Source of the DNA: Spirochaetes bacterium ADurb.BinA120
GTDB taxonomy: Bacteria; Spirochaetota; UBA4802; UBA5368
Reading direction: 5' to 3'
NCBI GenBank assembly: GCA_002069125.1
Contig: MVZN01000001.1
Location: forward strand, 5,909-69,908
Length of the DNA stretch: 64,000 nt
Part shown: positions 30,335-39,222 of the stretch, piece by piece
How positions within the stretch are numbered: the first letter of the stretch is position 1
Layout of the letters: each line of letters opens with the position of its first letter
The notes under the pieces: model-generated
What the model was told of the DNA's origin: nothing
Databases searched by the model: none
The model's input: only the letters and a program-made list of their open reading frames with translations
Made by a program: the position numbers and the translations under genes

Positions 30335-31819
30335 TTACAGCAGCCGTTTAACGGCGTCCTTCCAGAGCTTTCTCTGGGAGGATCTCTCCTGTTCGGTGAA
30401 GTTCGGTGTATAACGCTTCACGATGCGGTTTCGTTTTGCGACCTCGTCTATGGCGCCGTACAGCCCGCTCGAAAGCCCGGCGAGATACGCGGCGCCAAGC
30501 GCGGTGGACTCTATCACCTCGGGGAGCAGCACCGGTATCCCCAGGATGTCGGCCTGGAACTGCATGAGATACGGCCCCCTTGTCGCCCCGCCGTCGGCGC
30601 GGAGCTCGTTTATGGTCTTGCCCGAGTCCTGCTGCATGACCTCTATGACATCCATGGACTGGAAGGCGATGGAGCGGAGCGCCGCCCTCACAATCTGTTC
30701 GCGCGTGGTGTCGCGGGTCAGCCCGAAGATCGCGCCGCGGGCGTCCATCTTCCAGTAGGGGGCCCCCAGGCCCACAAAGGCCGGTATCATCACGACCTCA
30801 TCGTCCTTTTCGAACGAAAGGGCGAGCCTGTCGGAATCGGAGCTCTCTTCGAAGAACTTCATGTAATCGCGCAGCCATTGAACGACCGCGCCCGCCACGA
30901 ACACAGAGCCCTCGAAGGCGTAACATGGCTTGCCGTGAGCGTCACAGGCAATTGTTGTAAGAAGCCCCTTGTCGGAAAGCACGAAGGACCGGCCGGTGTT
31001 GAGCAGCATGAAGCATCCGGTGCCGTAGGTGTTCTTTATGGTGCCCTCGAATACGCAGTTCTGCCCCACCATGGCTGCCTGCTGGTCTCCCGCGATACCG
31101 CCAATGGGAACACCGTCGGGGAGACCCGGGGCGGCGAGCGTTTTGCCGAAGAAAGAGGAGGAGTCGCGGACCTCGGGCAGGATGCCGGCGGGAATGTCGA
31201 GGATCTCGAGGAGCTCGCGGTCCCAGCATTTCTCCACTATGTTGAATACAAGGGTGCGCGAGGCGTTGGTGTAGTCGGTCGCGTGTGATTTGCCGCCGCT
31301 GAGCTTCCACAGTATCCACGTGTCCACCGTGCCGAAGAGGAGCTTTCCGGTTTTTGCAAGCTCGCGCGCTCCGGCCACGTTGTCGAGGATCCATTTGATC
31401 TTGGTGCCGGAGAAGTAGGCGTCCACGACAAGACCGGTTTTCTTTTTAAAGGTTTCCTCGTGCCCCCTGTTTTTAATGTCGTTACAGATGTCGGTCGTGC
31501 GGCGGCACTGCCATACGATGGCGTTATACACGGGTTTTCCGGTGTCCCTGTTCCATAGAACCGCAGTCTCGCGCTGATTGGTTATTCCGATGGTGATAGC
31601 GTCCGAGGGGTTTAGATTGCCCTTGGCGATGGCCTCGGGGATGAGGCCCGCCAGCGATGACCATATCTCCTCCGGGTCGTGCTCCACCCAGCCAGGGCGA
31701 GGAAAATGCTGTGTAAATTCGCGGTACGCGCTCGAGATGGGAAGGCCGGATTCATCGAAACAGAATACGCGGTTTCCGGTGGTGCCCAGATCGAGGGCGA
31801 TAATAAATTTATTCCCCAT
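30335..31819 (-). CDS. glpK: Glycerol kinase
   Basis: FGGY family. N-terminus IIALDLGTTGNRVFCFD. Motifs GTSCF and ADGG. Confidence 0.85.
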   Translation of the reverse strand: MGNKFIIALDLGTTGNRVFCFDESGLPISSAYREFTQHFPRPGWVEHDPEEIWSSLAGLIPEAIAKGNLNPSDAITIGITNQRETAVLWNRDTGKPVYNAIVWQCRRTTDICNDIKNRGHEETFKKKTGLVVDAYFSGTKIKWILDNVAGARELAKTGKLLFGTVDTWILWKLSGGKSHATDYTNASRTLVFNIVEKCWDRELLEILDIPAGILPEVRDSSSFFGKTLAAPGLPDGVPIGGIAGDQQAAMVGQNCVFEGTIKNTYGTGCFMLLNTGRSFVLSDKGLLTTIACDAHGKPCYAFEGSVFVAGAVVQWLRDYMKFFEESSDSDRLALSFEKDDEVVMIPAFVGLGAPYWKMDARGAIFGLTRDTTREQIVRAALRSIAFQSMDVIEVMQQDSGKTINELRADGGATRGPYLMQFQADILGIPVLLPEVIESTALGAAYLAGLSSGLYGAIDEVAKRNRIVKRYTPNFTEQERSSQRKLWKDAVKRLL

Positions 31820-32068
31820 TGACAAACCCCGAGCTTATGGAAAATGTAGATTGATGTTATACCCGAGATAAAAGCCGTTCCGGGTGTCCGGTTTCCATGG
31901 GGATCGATGAGCGATCGTGCCCTGGAAAGGCCGTTTATCCACAGGATAAAGCGCCTGTAAAGAATAAGGATTTTCGGCGCCGTGTCAATTAAAAATAACG
32001 GCCCGATGCCGAAAATATAGTACGGCGGCATAGAGAGGGCTTTTAAGGCCGAATGCTGGAGAGACGGG

Positions 32069-33106
32069 ATGAAAAATATTGAAGGAATTTTTCGAGGCGG
32101 GGAAACCTTCTTCATCGCGGAGATAGGGATAAATCATAACGGGAGCCCGAAGGAGGCAAGGGCGATGATACGGGCGGCGGCGTCGGCCGGAGCGGACGCG
32201 GTCAAATTCCAGACCTTTGTCCCGGAGGAGATGTATTCGCGATATACGAGTTCCATGCTGCGAAACGACAAGGCGCTTACGGCGGATTTTTCGCAGATCG
32301 AGTTTTTTAAGCGGTTCGTAATCGGAGAGGACGACTTAAAATCGCTTAAAAATGAGGCGGAGGCGCGCGGCCTTATCTTCTTTTCATCCGCCTTTGATAT
32401 CCCATCGGTCGAAATGCTCGAACGGCTTGGGGTGCCCATGTACAAGCTCGCCTCATCCGAGGTGACGAATACGCCGCTTCTCGAAAGGGTGGGCCGGACC
32501 CAAAAGCCGGTCATTATGTCCACGGGCATTTCCACAGGGGCGGAAATCGGGCGGGCTATCGATACCCTGCGTTCCTTTGGAACGCGCGAACTCGTCCTGC
32601 TTCATTGTGTAGCCCTGTATCCATTGGGACCGGAAAACGCCAACCTCTCGCGCATATCGTCGCTTAGCTCGATGTTCGCTCTGCCGGTGGGCTTTTCGGA
32701 CCACGCCGTGGATGGCGCCGGCTGCGCGCTCGCCGCCATGCTGGGGGCCCGAGTGTTCGAGAAGCACTTCATGCCGGCCGAGGGCTATGATTGCCCCGAT
32801 GCGGCGGTATCGCTGCATCCCGCTTCCTTCATGAAAATGAGGGAGGACGTCGAGAGGGCCGTCACCATGTTCGGCCATGGGGGAGTCGATTACGACTTTT
32901 CGGAAAAAGAGGTTGCAAAATCGGCGCGCAGAAGCCTTTTTAGCGGAAGGCCGCTTAGTGCCGGAGAAGAATTGCGGCGCGACGCCATAGCCGTCAAGCG
33001 TCCCGGAGTGGGGCTGCCGATAGCCGATATGGAGCGCTTGCTTGGCCGAAGGCTGCTCAGGGATATCCCGGAAGATTTTCCCCTGCGGTTTGAAGATTTA
33101 GAATAA
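32069..33106 (+). CDS. N-acetylneuraminate (sialic/nonulosonic acid) synthase family, NeuB/PseI-like
   Basis: FIAEIGINHNGS signature, TIM barrel plus C-terminal SAF domain. Confidence 0.7.
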   Translation: MKNIEGIFRGGETFFIAEIGINHNGSPKEARAMIRAAASAGADAVKFQTFVPEEMYSRYTSSMLRNDKALTADFSQIEFFKRFVIGEDDLKSLKNEAEARGLIFFSSAFDIPSVEMLERLGVPMYKLASSEVTNTPLLERVGRTQKPVIMSTGISTGAEIGRAIDTLRSFGTRELVLLHCVALYPLGPENANLSRISSLSSMFALPVGFSDHAVDGAGCALAAMLGARVFEKHFMPAEGYDCPDAAVSLHPASFMKMREDVERAVTMFGHGGVDYDFSEKEVAKSARRSLFSGRPLSAGEELRRDAIAVKRPGVGLPIADMERLLGRRLLRDIPEDFPLRFEDLE

Positions 33107-33123
33107 AGGGCATTGATCGAACG

Positions 33124-33666
33124 ATGAAAATGAAATGGGCGCTCGTGTCGCTTCTTGTCGCATTCGCCGGAGGTTGCTCTATTGCGCCTGTCCGCGACGA
33201 ATCGATATTCACTCCCTCCGAAAAAAAGATACTGGAGAAGGCCACCGAGGCCCTGGACTATGGATACGGCTATGAACGCGAGATAGGCATAGATTATATA
33301 ATTTCGTATTCCTTCAGCGAGACGAACATGCCGGCGCGAGAAAAGGCGCTTGCGGCGGCCCTGAAAGACCAGGATGTCTCCGAGATAATCGGTTTTTACT
33401 CGAAGATATACAGGCTGGGCGTAACGATGCGCTATCGCATAGAGGCTTTCGAAAAGGACAAGGATTGGAAGCAGTATACTTACCTTAAAAATTATCTTGT
33501 CCCTCCACTGGAGGCCTTCACGGCCCATATCAGGAAGCAGCTATTGGCCCGCGACCCTTCAGTCGCGGAGAGGCTTCCGGCAATCCATGCCAAAGCGGAA
33601 AAGGCGGTCGCCGACTATTTCTACGAACTGGAAATGGAAGATCTTAGGGACAAGTGGCGCATATAA
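33124..33666 (+). CDS. Hypothetical lipoprotein
   Basis: Signal peptide plus lipobox LLVAFAGGCS. Confidence 0.55.
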   Translation: MKMKWALVSLLVAFAGGCSIAPVRDESIFTPSEKKILEKATEALDYGYGYEREIGIDYIISYSFSETNMPAREKALAAALKDQDVSEIIGFYSKIYRLGVTMRYRIEAFEKDKDWKQYTYLKNYLVPPLEAFTAHIRKQLLARDPSVAERLPAIHAKAEKAVADYFYELEMEDLRDKWRI

Positions 33667-33670
33667 AAAA

Positions 33671-33700
33671 ATCCCCATGTCGCCATGGGGATGTGCTTGA
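33671..33700 (-). terminator. Intrinsic terminator on the minus strand
   Basis: Minus-strand RNA ATCCCCATG-gcga-CATGGGGAT followed by UUUUUUU. It lies about 300 nt downstream of the iclR stop. Confidence 0.65.
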
Positions 33701-33993
33701 AGTATATCAGCCGGCATCTGCCCGCCCGATATTAGCACTCACTACCATAGAGTGCTAATAAAAAATAATCAATTCATATCGATTCGGCAAGCATTTTTTG
33801 GGCGAGTCGGCTTTCTATCAGGCTTGGGGCAGCAAAGGACGGCCTTGAAGGGAGATCCGCCTGCCCCGTCGAAGCGTCCTTTCGGAGCGGCAGGGGTGGC
33901 CCTTTCGCATTATGGCCGGAAGGAACCCTTGGGTCCGCTGGCCATTGTGGGCGGCTCCCAATTATCACAAAAAAGCTGTTGAACAGAGCAATT

Positions 33994-34767
33994 TTATGTT
34001 TTAGAGCTGTATCCAAGCTGTAAGGACACCTGACTCGAGGTGTACCGCACGGAAGCCGCCATCCGATCCCGGTCGCGGCGGATGTGTTCGGCCTCTCCGG
34101 TGATGACGAAACCAGCCACAACCTGTCCAGTGTAATTGAAAATAGGCCCGCCGATTCCCGCCAGCCCGACGATGGACTCCTCATTGTCGAAGGCGATGCC
34201 CTCTCTTGCCACCCTTTCAAGCTCCTTTATGAAGCTCTCATGGTCCCCGATGGAGTTCCTGGTAAGCTTTTCAAAGGGATAGTCCCGCAGTATTCCGTTT
34301 CGCTCGCCGGCCGGCATGTGGGCGAACAGAATCTTCCCGATGCATGTAGTGTGGATGGGGATGACCGAACCGGCCTGCGGAAACACCATGAAGCGGTTTT
34401 CGGGCTCAACGCGAAGCACCACTATTACCCTGTCGCCTACCAGCATGCCGACGTTTACCGGCTCCATGAACTGGAAGCACAGCCGCTCCATCCATGCCCG
34501 GGCTATTATGACCAGGTCCATGTTCGTGGCGTACTTCATTCCCAATTGAAAGAGGGCGGGGCCAAGGCGGTATTTGGAGGTGATGTGGTCCTTTTCGAGG
34601 AACTTAAGCGCCTCGAGGGTCTGCACGATGCTGGAGATGGTGGTTTTAGGGAGGTTCAGCCTCGCCGCAAAATCCGTAATCCCCATGGTCCGTTTCTCCT
34701 GGATAAAAATGCCAAGTATGTCGGACGCCCGTTTTATGGATTGGATAAGGCGTTTCTGCTTCGCCAT
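33994..34767 (-). CDS. IclR family transcriptional regulator
   Basis: N-terminal HTH (SIKRASDILGIF...GITDFAARLNLPKTTISSIVQTLE) plus C-terminal IclR effector domain. Confidence 0.8.
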   Translation of the reverse strand: MAKQKRLIQSIKRASDILGIFIQEKRTMGITDFAARLNLPKTTISSIVQTLEALKFLEKDHITSKYRLGPALFQLGMKYATNMDLVIIARAWMERLCFQFMEPVNVGMLVGDRVIVVLRVEPENRFMVFPQAGSVIPIHTTCIGKILFAHMPAGERNGILRDYPFEKLTRNSIGDHESFIKELERVAREGIAFDNEESIVGLAGIGGPIFNYTGQVVAGFVITGEAEHIRRDRDRMAASVRYTSSQVSLQLGYSSKT

Positions 34768-34821
34768 GTTCGCTCCTTTCTCCGCCGACGTGAAATATTT
34801 ATTTTAACGGCGCTTATCTGA

Positions 34822-34880
34822 TTGACATATTATATGCTCTGCTATAATAATGGAACATCGTACGATATTGTCGTACAATG
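34822..34880 (+). promoter_or_regulatory. Promoter candidate (TTGACA ... TATAAT/ATAATA) with downstream palindromic operator ATCGTACGAT plus half-site TCGTACAAT
   Basis: TTGACA at 34822-34827 and TATAAT at 34843-34848. A perfect 10-bp palindrome sits at 34857-34866. The region lies divergent between iclR and the hgd-like operon. Confidence 0.5.
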
Positions 34881-34969
34881 TCAAGTATGATTATCCGCCG
34901 TTCCGGGTTCCGCGGACTCGATGCGGCGCCTTAGGCGGCCTCGTTATTCCATACTACAGGTGGCAGGGC

Positions 34970-36091
34970 ATGAACACGATCCGGCAATTTCAAGATGTAA
35001 TAGACGACAGCGGCGGGTACGCGCGGCGCCTCAAGCAGGGCTCCGGCGGCAAGATCCTCGGCTATTTCTGCACCTATACGCCGGAGGAGATCATCCATGC
35101 GGCTGGGATCCATCCCATGAGGCTTTTCGGGACCCGCTTTGCGATAGCCCATGCCGACGCCCATCTCCAGGCCTATAGCTGTTCACTGGTGCGCGGGGTG
35201 CTCGAGGAGGCGCTGGCCGGCAGGCTGGAGTTTCTGGACGGGGCCGTATTCCCTCACACGTGCGACTCCATACAGCGGCTTTCGGACATCTGGCGGCTCA
35301 ATATTGATTTCAGCTTTCACGCCGATGTGGTGCTCCCGGTGAAGCTCGACACTGCGAGCGCGAGGAAGTACATGGCGGACGTTCTGCGTAAGTTTCGCCG
35401 GGAGCTCGAGGAGAAGATGGGCCTCTCCATCTCCGACGAAGCCCTCTTAAAATCCATTAAAACCTTCAACACCATCAAGCGGGCGCTCGAAAAGATCTAC
35501 CGCCTGCGAAGTGAAAACCCGGGGATCATCTCCGGGGCCGACGTATACACCCTGGTTAAGGGCGCAATGATCATGGACCGCTCCGAGGCCGCGGAGAAAC
35601 TTTCCGCCTTCGCCCAGGCGCTCGGCTCGGAGAAGGCAAAGGGCCCCGACGCTCGCCGGCGCATCGTGGTAAGCGGGGGGCTCTGCGATCATCCCGTTAT
35701 ATACGACCTCATCGAGAAATCGGGCGGCGCGGTGGTCTGGGACGATCTGTGCACGGGGTCGCGCTACTTCGAGGGGCTGGTGTCGGAGGAGGGCGATCCT
35801 TACGAGGCCCTTGCCGACCGGTATACCGATCGCGTCGTCTGCCCGGCCAAGCATTCGTCCATCACCGCCCGCGGCGACAATCTTGTCCGCATAGCGAAGG
35901 AGCACAGCGCCTCGGGCGTCATTTTCCTTCTGCTCAAGTTCTGCGATCCCCATGCCTTCGACTATCCGTACATGAAGGAGATGCTGGACGGCATTGGGGT
36001 CCCGAGCATGTTGATGGAGATCGAGCAGGACCTTCCATCGGAAGGGCAGCTTTCAACGCGCTTCGAGGCGTTTATCGAGATGCTTCGCTGA
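34970..36091 (+). CDS. 2-hydroxyacyl-CoA dehydratase / benzoyl-CoA reductase B-C family subunit (HgdB/BcrB-like)
   Basis: HgdB-like N-terminus GKILGYFCTYTPEEIIHAAGIHPMRLFG. Conserved Cys residues. Confidence 0.7.
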   Translation: MNTIRQFQDVIDDSGGYARRLKQGSGGKILGYFCTYTPEEIIHAAGIHPMRLFGTRFAIAHADAHLQAYSCSLVRGVLEEALAGRLEFLDGAVFPHTCDSIQRLSDIWRLNIDFSFHADVVLPVKLDTASARKYMADVLRKFRRELEEKMGLSISDEALLKSIKTFNTIKRALEKIYRLRSENPGIISGADVYTLVKGAMIMDRSEAAEKLSAFAQALGSEKAKGPDARRRIVVSGGLCDHPVIYDLIEKSGGAVVWDDLCTGSRYFEGLVSEEGDPYEALADRYTDRVVCPAKHSSITARGDNLVRIAKEHSASGVIFLLLKFCDPHAFDYPYMKEMLDGIGVPSMLMEIEQDLPSEGQLSTRFEAFIEMLR

Positions 36092-36158
36092 CGGGCGGCG
36101 CCGGGCCCCGACGCGGCGGCCGGACGTTTCCGTTAGACACCAATCGAGGAGAAAGAAC

Positions 36159-37406
36159 ATGTCGGAAGAACAGCTTAAAAAGGACCCGGAAAAGGAAAAG
36201 ATGAAGGTCAAGTCCGTCAAAAAGATGAAGGAGATAATGACCGCGTACTATATAGACGCAAAGACCGCCTCCCAGAACGGGAAAAAAGTCGGCTGGATAA
36301 CCAGCGGCGGGCCGGTGGAACCGATTATCGTGATGGACGCCATTCCGGTATACCCGGAGAACCATGGCGCTATGATCGGGGCGGCGAAGATGGGCGTGGA
36401 CCTGTGCGAGAAGGCCGAGGACATGGGATATTGCCGCGACCTGTGCTCGTATGCGCGCTCGGACATAGCCGCCTCACTCGTAAACGGCGGCCCGATCGGC
36501 GGCCTCCCGGCGCCGGACTTCCTGGTGTGCGGCAACAACATCTGCGGCACGGTGCTCAAATGGTATGAGATACAGGCGCGCTACTACAAGGTGCCGCTTT
36601 TTATATTCGATACGCCCTTCTGCCACACCGAGTTCTCGAGCGAGGCGCGCGAATACGTACGCAGGCAGATCGACGAATATATCAAATTCCTCGAAGAGGT
36701 CTGCGGTAAAAAGTTCGACATGGACAGGATGAAGGAGGTCGGACGGCTCTCCCTGCAGGGGCAGCGCCTGTGGCAGGAGGTGCTCGACACATCCATGAAC
36801 AAGCCCGCGCCGCTCTCGGCCTTCGACGCGTTCTTCCATCTGGCCCTCATCGTCACGCTCCGGGGGACCCAGACGGCGGTTGACTACTACGTAATGCTCC
36901 TCGAAGAGATGAAGGAGCGCGCGGCGCAGAAGATCGGCTCTATCCCCAACGAGCGCTACCGCCTGCTGTGGGACAATCTGCCCGTATGGTACAAAACCAG
37001 ATGGCTGTCGGAGAAGTTCGCCTCGTACGACGCCTGCCTGGTCGCCGACACCTACACCACGGCCTGGTGCGGCTCGCTGGACTACCTCGACGAAAACGAC
37101 TTTTTGGGGTCCATGGTCGAAGGATATACGCGCATTTACCTGAACATCGGCGTCGACGAGATGCTCAAGATCATCAAGAAGATGATTAAAAAATACGAGG
37201 TGGACGGGTTCGTGATGCACTCCAACCGGAGCTGTAAGCCGTACTCGCTCGGCCAGTACGACATCATGAAAACACTACAGAAGGAGATGGGGCTTCCGAG
37301 CCTGATGATAGAGGCGGACATGGTCGACGAGCGCTCCTGGAGCGAAAGCCAGATAGAGACCCGCATAGACGCCTTCATGGAGATAATCAAGCAGAAAAAG
37401 GGATGA
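36159..37406 (+). CDS. 2-hydroxyacyl-CoA dehydratase family subunit (HgdA/BadD-like)
   Basis: KVGWITSGGPVEPIIVMDAIPVYPENHGA...CSYARSD motifs typical of the A subunit. Confidence 0.7.
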   Translation: MSEEQLKKDPEKEKMKVKSVKKMKEIMTAYYIDAKTASQNGKKVGWITSGGPVEPIIVMDAIPVYPENHGAMIGAAKMGVDLCEKAEDMGYCRDLCSYARSDIAASLVNGGPIGGLPAPDFLVCGNNICGTVLKWYEIQARYYKVPLFIFDTPFCHTEFSSEAREYVRRQIDEYIKFLEEVCGKKFDMDRMKEVGRLSLQGQRLWQEVLDTSMNKPAPLSAFDAFFHLALIVTLRGTQTAVDYYVMLLEEMKERAAQKIGSIPNERYRLLWDNLPVWYKTRWLSEKFASYDACLVADTYTTAWCGSLDYLDENDFLGSMVEGYTRIYLNIGVDEMLKIIKKMIKKYEVDGFVMHSNRSCKPYSLGQYDIMKTLQKEMGLPSLMIEADMVDERSWSESQIETRIDAFMEIIKQKKG

Positions 37407-37465
37407 AAGCCCGATAGACGCGACCGTCGGGCCGCGCCATAACTTAATACGGAGGAATGGTCACC

Positions 37466-39184
37466 ATGTACGAGAAAAAACCATGGCTCAAGTTCTACGG
37501 CGATGTACCCGAATCGATCGATTACCCAAGGATCACAATGTATCAGGCGGTAATGAATACCGCGGCCAAATACCCGGACGCGATAGCTTACGATTTTCTC
37601 GGCTATACTTCGACCTACAAGCGGTTTGCCGAGGAGATTAACAGGTGCGCTGACGCGCTTGCCGCGCTGGGATTGAAGAAGGGCGACCGCGTGACCATCT
37701 CGATGCCCACAAGCCCCCAGGGCATAATATGCTTCTACGCGGTGAACAAACTGGGGGCGGTCGCGAGCATGATCCATCCACTCTCGCCGCCGAAGGAAAT
37801 CGAGTTTTATCTCAACATCAGCAAGAGCGTAATGGCGCTTACCATCGACGCGTTCTATGGAAATTTCAACCAGGTGATGCACAAGACGGATTGCAAAAAG
37901 CTCATCCTGGCGCGTATTCCCGATTACCTGGGGCTGGTCAAGAGGATCGGCTTCAACCTGACCAAGGGCCGAAAAATTCCCAAGGTGCCCCGGGACGAGC
38001 GGGTGGTCTGGTGGAACGAGCTGATGCACGGGTCCTATCCCGAGGCCGCGAAGGCCGATATGGCGCCGGACGATATGGCGGTCATACTCTACAGCGGAGG
38101 CACCACCGGAGTGCCCAAGGGAATAATGCTTTCCAATTACAACTTCATAAGCGAGGGGATGATGGTCGCGCACTGGGGCGGCATGGACAGGACGAGCTCG
38201 GTGCTGGCCATTCTCCCCATCTTCCATGGATTCGGCCTGGGCGTATGCGTAAACGCCGCGTTTATGGGGGGCGGGAAGAGCATTCTCGTTCCGACCTTCA
38301 CGCCGGAGGACGTGGCGAATCTTATCAAATCCAAACGCCCTACATTCGTAATCGGCGTACCGACGCTCTTTATGGCCCTGTCGAAAAACGAGAAGTTCAA
38401 AAGGACCGATCTCTCCTGCCTTAAGGGCTGCTTTAGCGGGGCGGACACCCTTCCGCGCGAGGTAAAAGAGGAGTTCGAGGGGATAGTCCGCAGACAGGGA
38501 GGCAACGTCAAGCTGCTCGAGGGATACGGCCTGACTGAAGCGGTTACCGCCATTGGGGCCATGCCTTTTAACGAGTATCGCGAGGGGAGCATCGGGGTTC
38601 CCTTTTCGGATATGATAGCCAAGATAGTGAAAATGGGCTCCGACGAGGAGTGCGCTCCGGGCGAGGAGGGCGAGATTTGCCTTTACGGCCCGGCCGTAAT
38701 GCTCGGGTATCTCGACCAGCCGGAGGAAACGGCCAGGGTTTTAAAGAAGCACTCCGACGGGAAGATCTGGCTGCATACCGGGGACATGGCGAGCATGGAC
38801 GCCGACGGCTTCATGTACTTCAAGCAGCGCATCAAGCGCATGATCAAGTCCTCCGGGGTGAACGTATATCCCGGCCAGGTGGAGGACGTTCTGCGCCAGC
38901 ACCCGGCCGTCGACATGGCCTGCGTCATTGGCGTGCCGGACAAGGCGCAGGTTTCGCGCGTGAAGGCCTTCGTTGTGCTTAAAGACAAATCGAAGGCCAC
39001 CCCCGAAATGGCGGGCGAGCTCATCAAGCATTGCGCGGAGCACCTGCTTAAATGGAGCTGCCCGCGCGAGGTGGAATTCCGTGACGATCTGCCAAAGACC
39101 CTTGTGGGCAAGGTCGCGTTTAACACACTCGAAGAGGAAGAAAAGACGAAACTCCGCGCTGCGGGGCAGTACGCCGGAGATTGA
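37466..39184 (+). CDS. AMP-dependent acyl-CoA synthetase/ligase
   Basis: AMP-binding motif YSGGTTGVPKGIMLSNYN, plus YGLTE and GDMASMDADGFMYFKQRIKRMIK motifs. Confidence 0.85.
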   Translation: MYEKKPWLKFYGDVPESIDYPRITMYQAVMNTAAKYPDAIAYDFLGYTSTYKRFAEEINRCADALAALGLKKGDRVTISMPTSPQGIICFYAVNKLGAVASMIHPLSPPKEIEFYLNISKSVMALTIDAFYGNFNQVMHKTDCKKLILARIPDYLGLVKRIGFNLTKGRKIPKVPRDERVVWWNELMHGSYPEAAKADMAPDDMAVILYSGGTTGVPKGIMLSNYNFISEGMMVAHWGGMDRTSSVLAILPIFHGFGLGVCVNAAFMGGGKSILVPTFTPEDVANLIKSKRPTFVIGVPTLFMALSKNEKFKRTDLSCLKGCFSGADTLPREVKEEFEGIVRRQGGNVKLLEGYGLTEAVTAIGAMPFNEYREGSIGVPFSDMIAKIVKMGSDEECAPGEEGEICLYGPAVMLGYLDQPEETARVLKKHSDGKIWLHTGDMASMDADGFMYFKQRIKRMIKSSGVNVYPGQVEDVLRQHPAVDMACVIGVPDKAQVSRVKAFVVLKDKSKATPEMAGELIKHCAEHLLKWSCPREVEFRDDLPKTLVGKVAFNTLEEEEKTKLRAAGQYAGD

Positions 39185-39222
39185 TTTTACGCGGGTCGGG
39201 GGGCTTTCGCCCCCCGGCATTC

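Noticed and set aside
33998-34030. GTTTTAGAGCTG motif resembling a type II (Cas9) CRISPR repeat/tracrRNA anti-repeat
   Set aside because: It is a single occurrence inside the iclR coding sequence with no array and no cas9. The match is coincidental.
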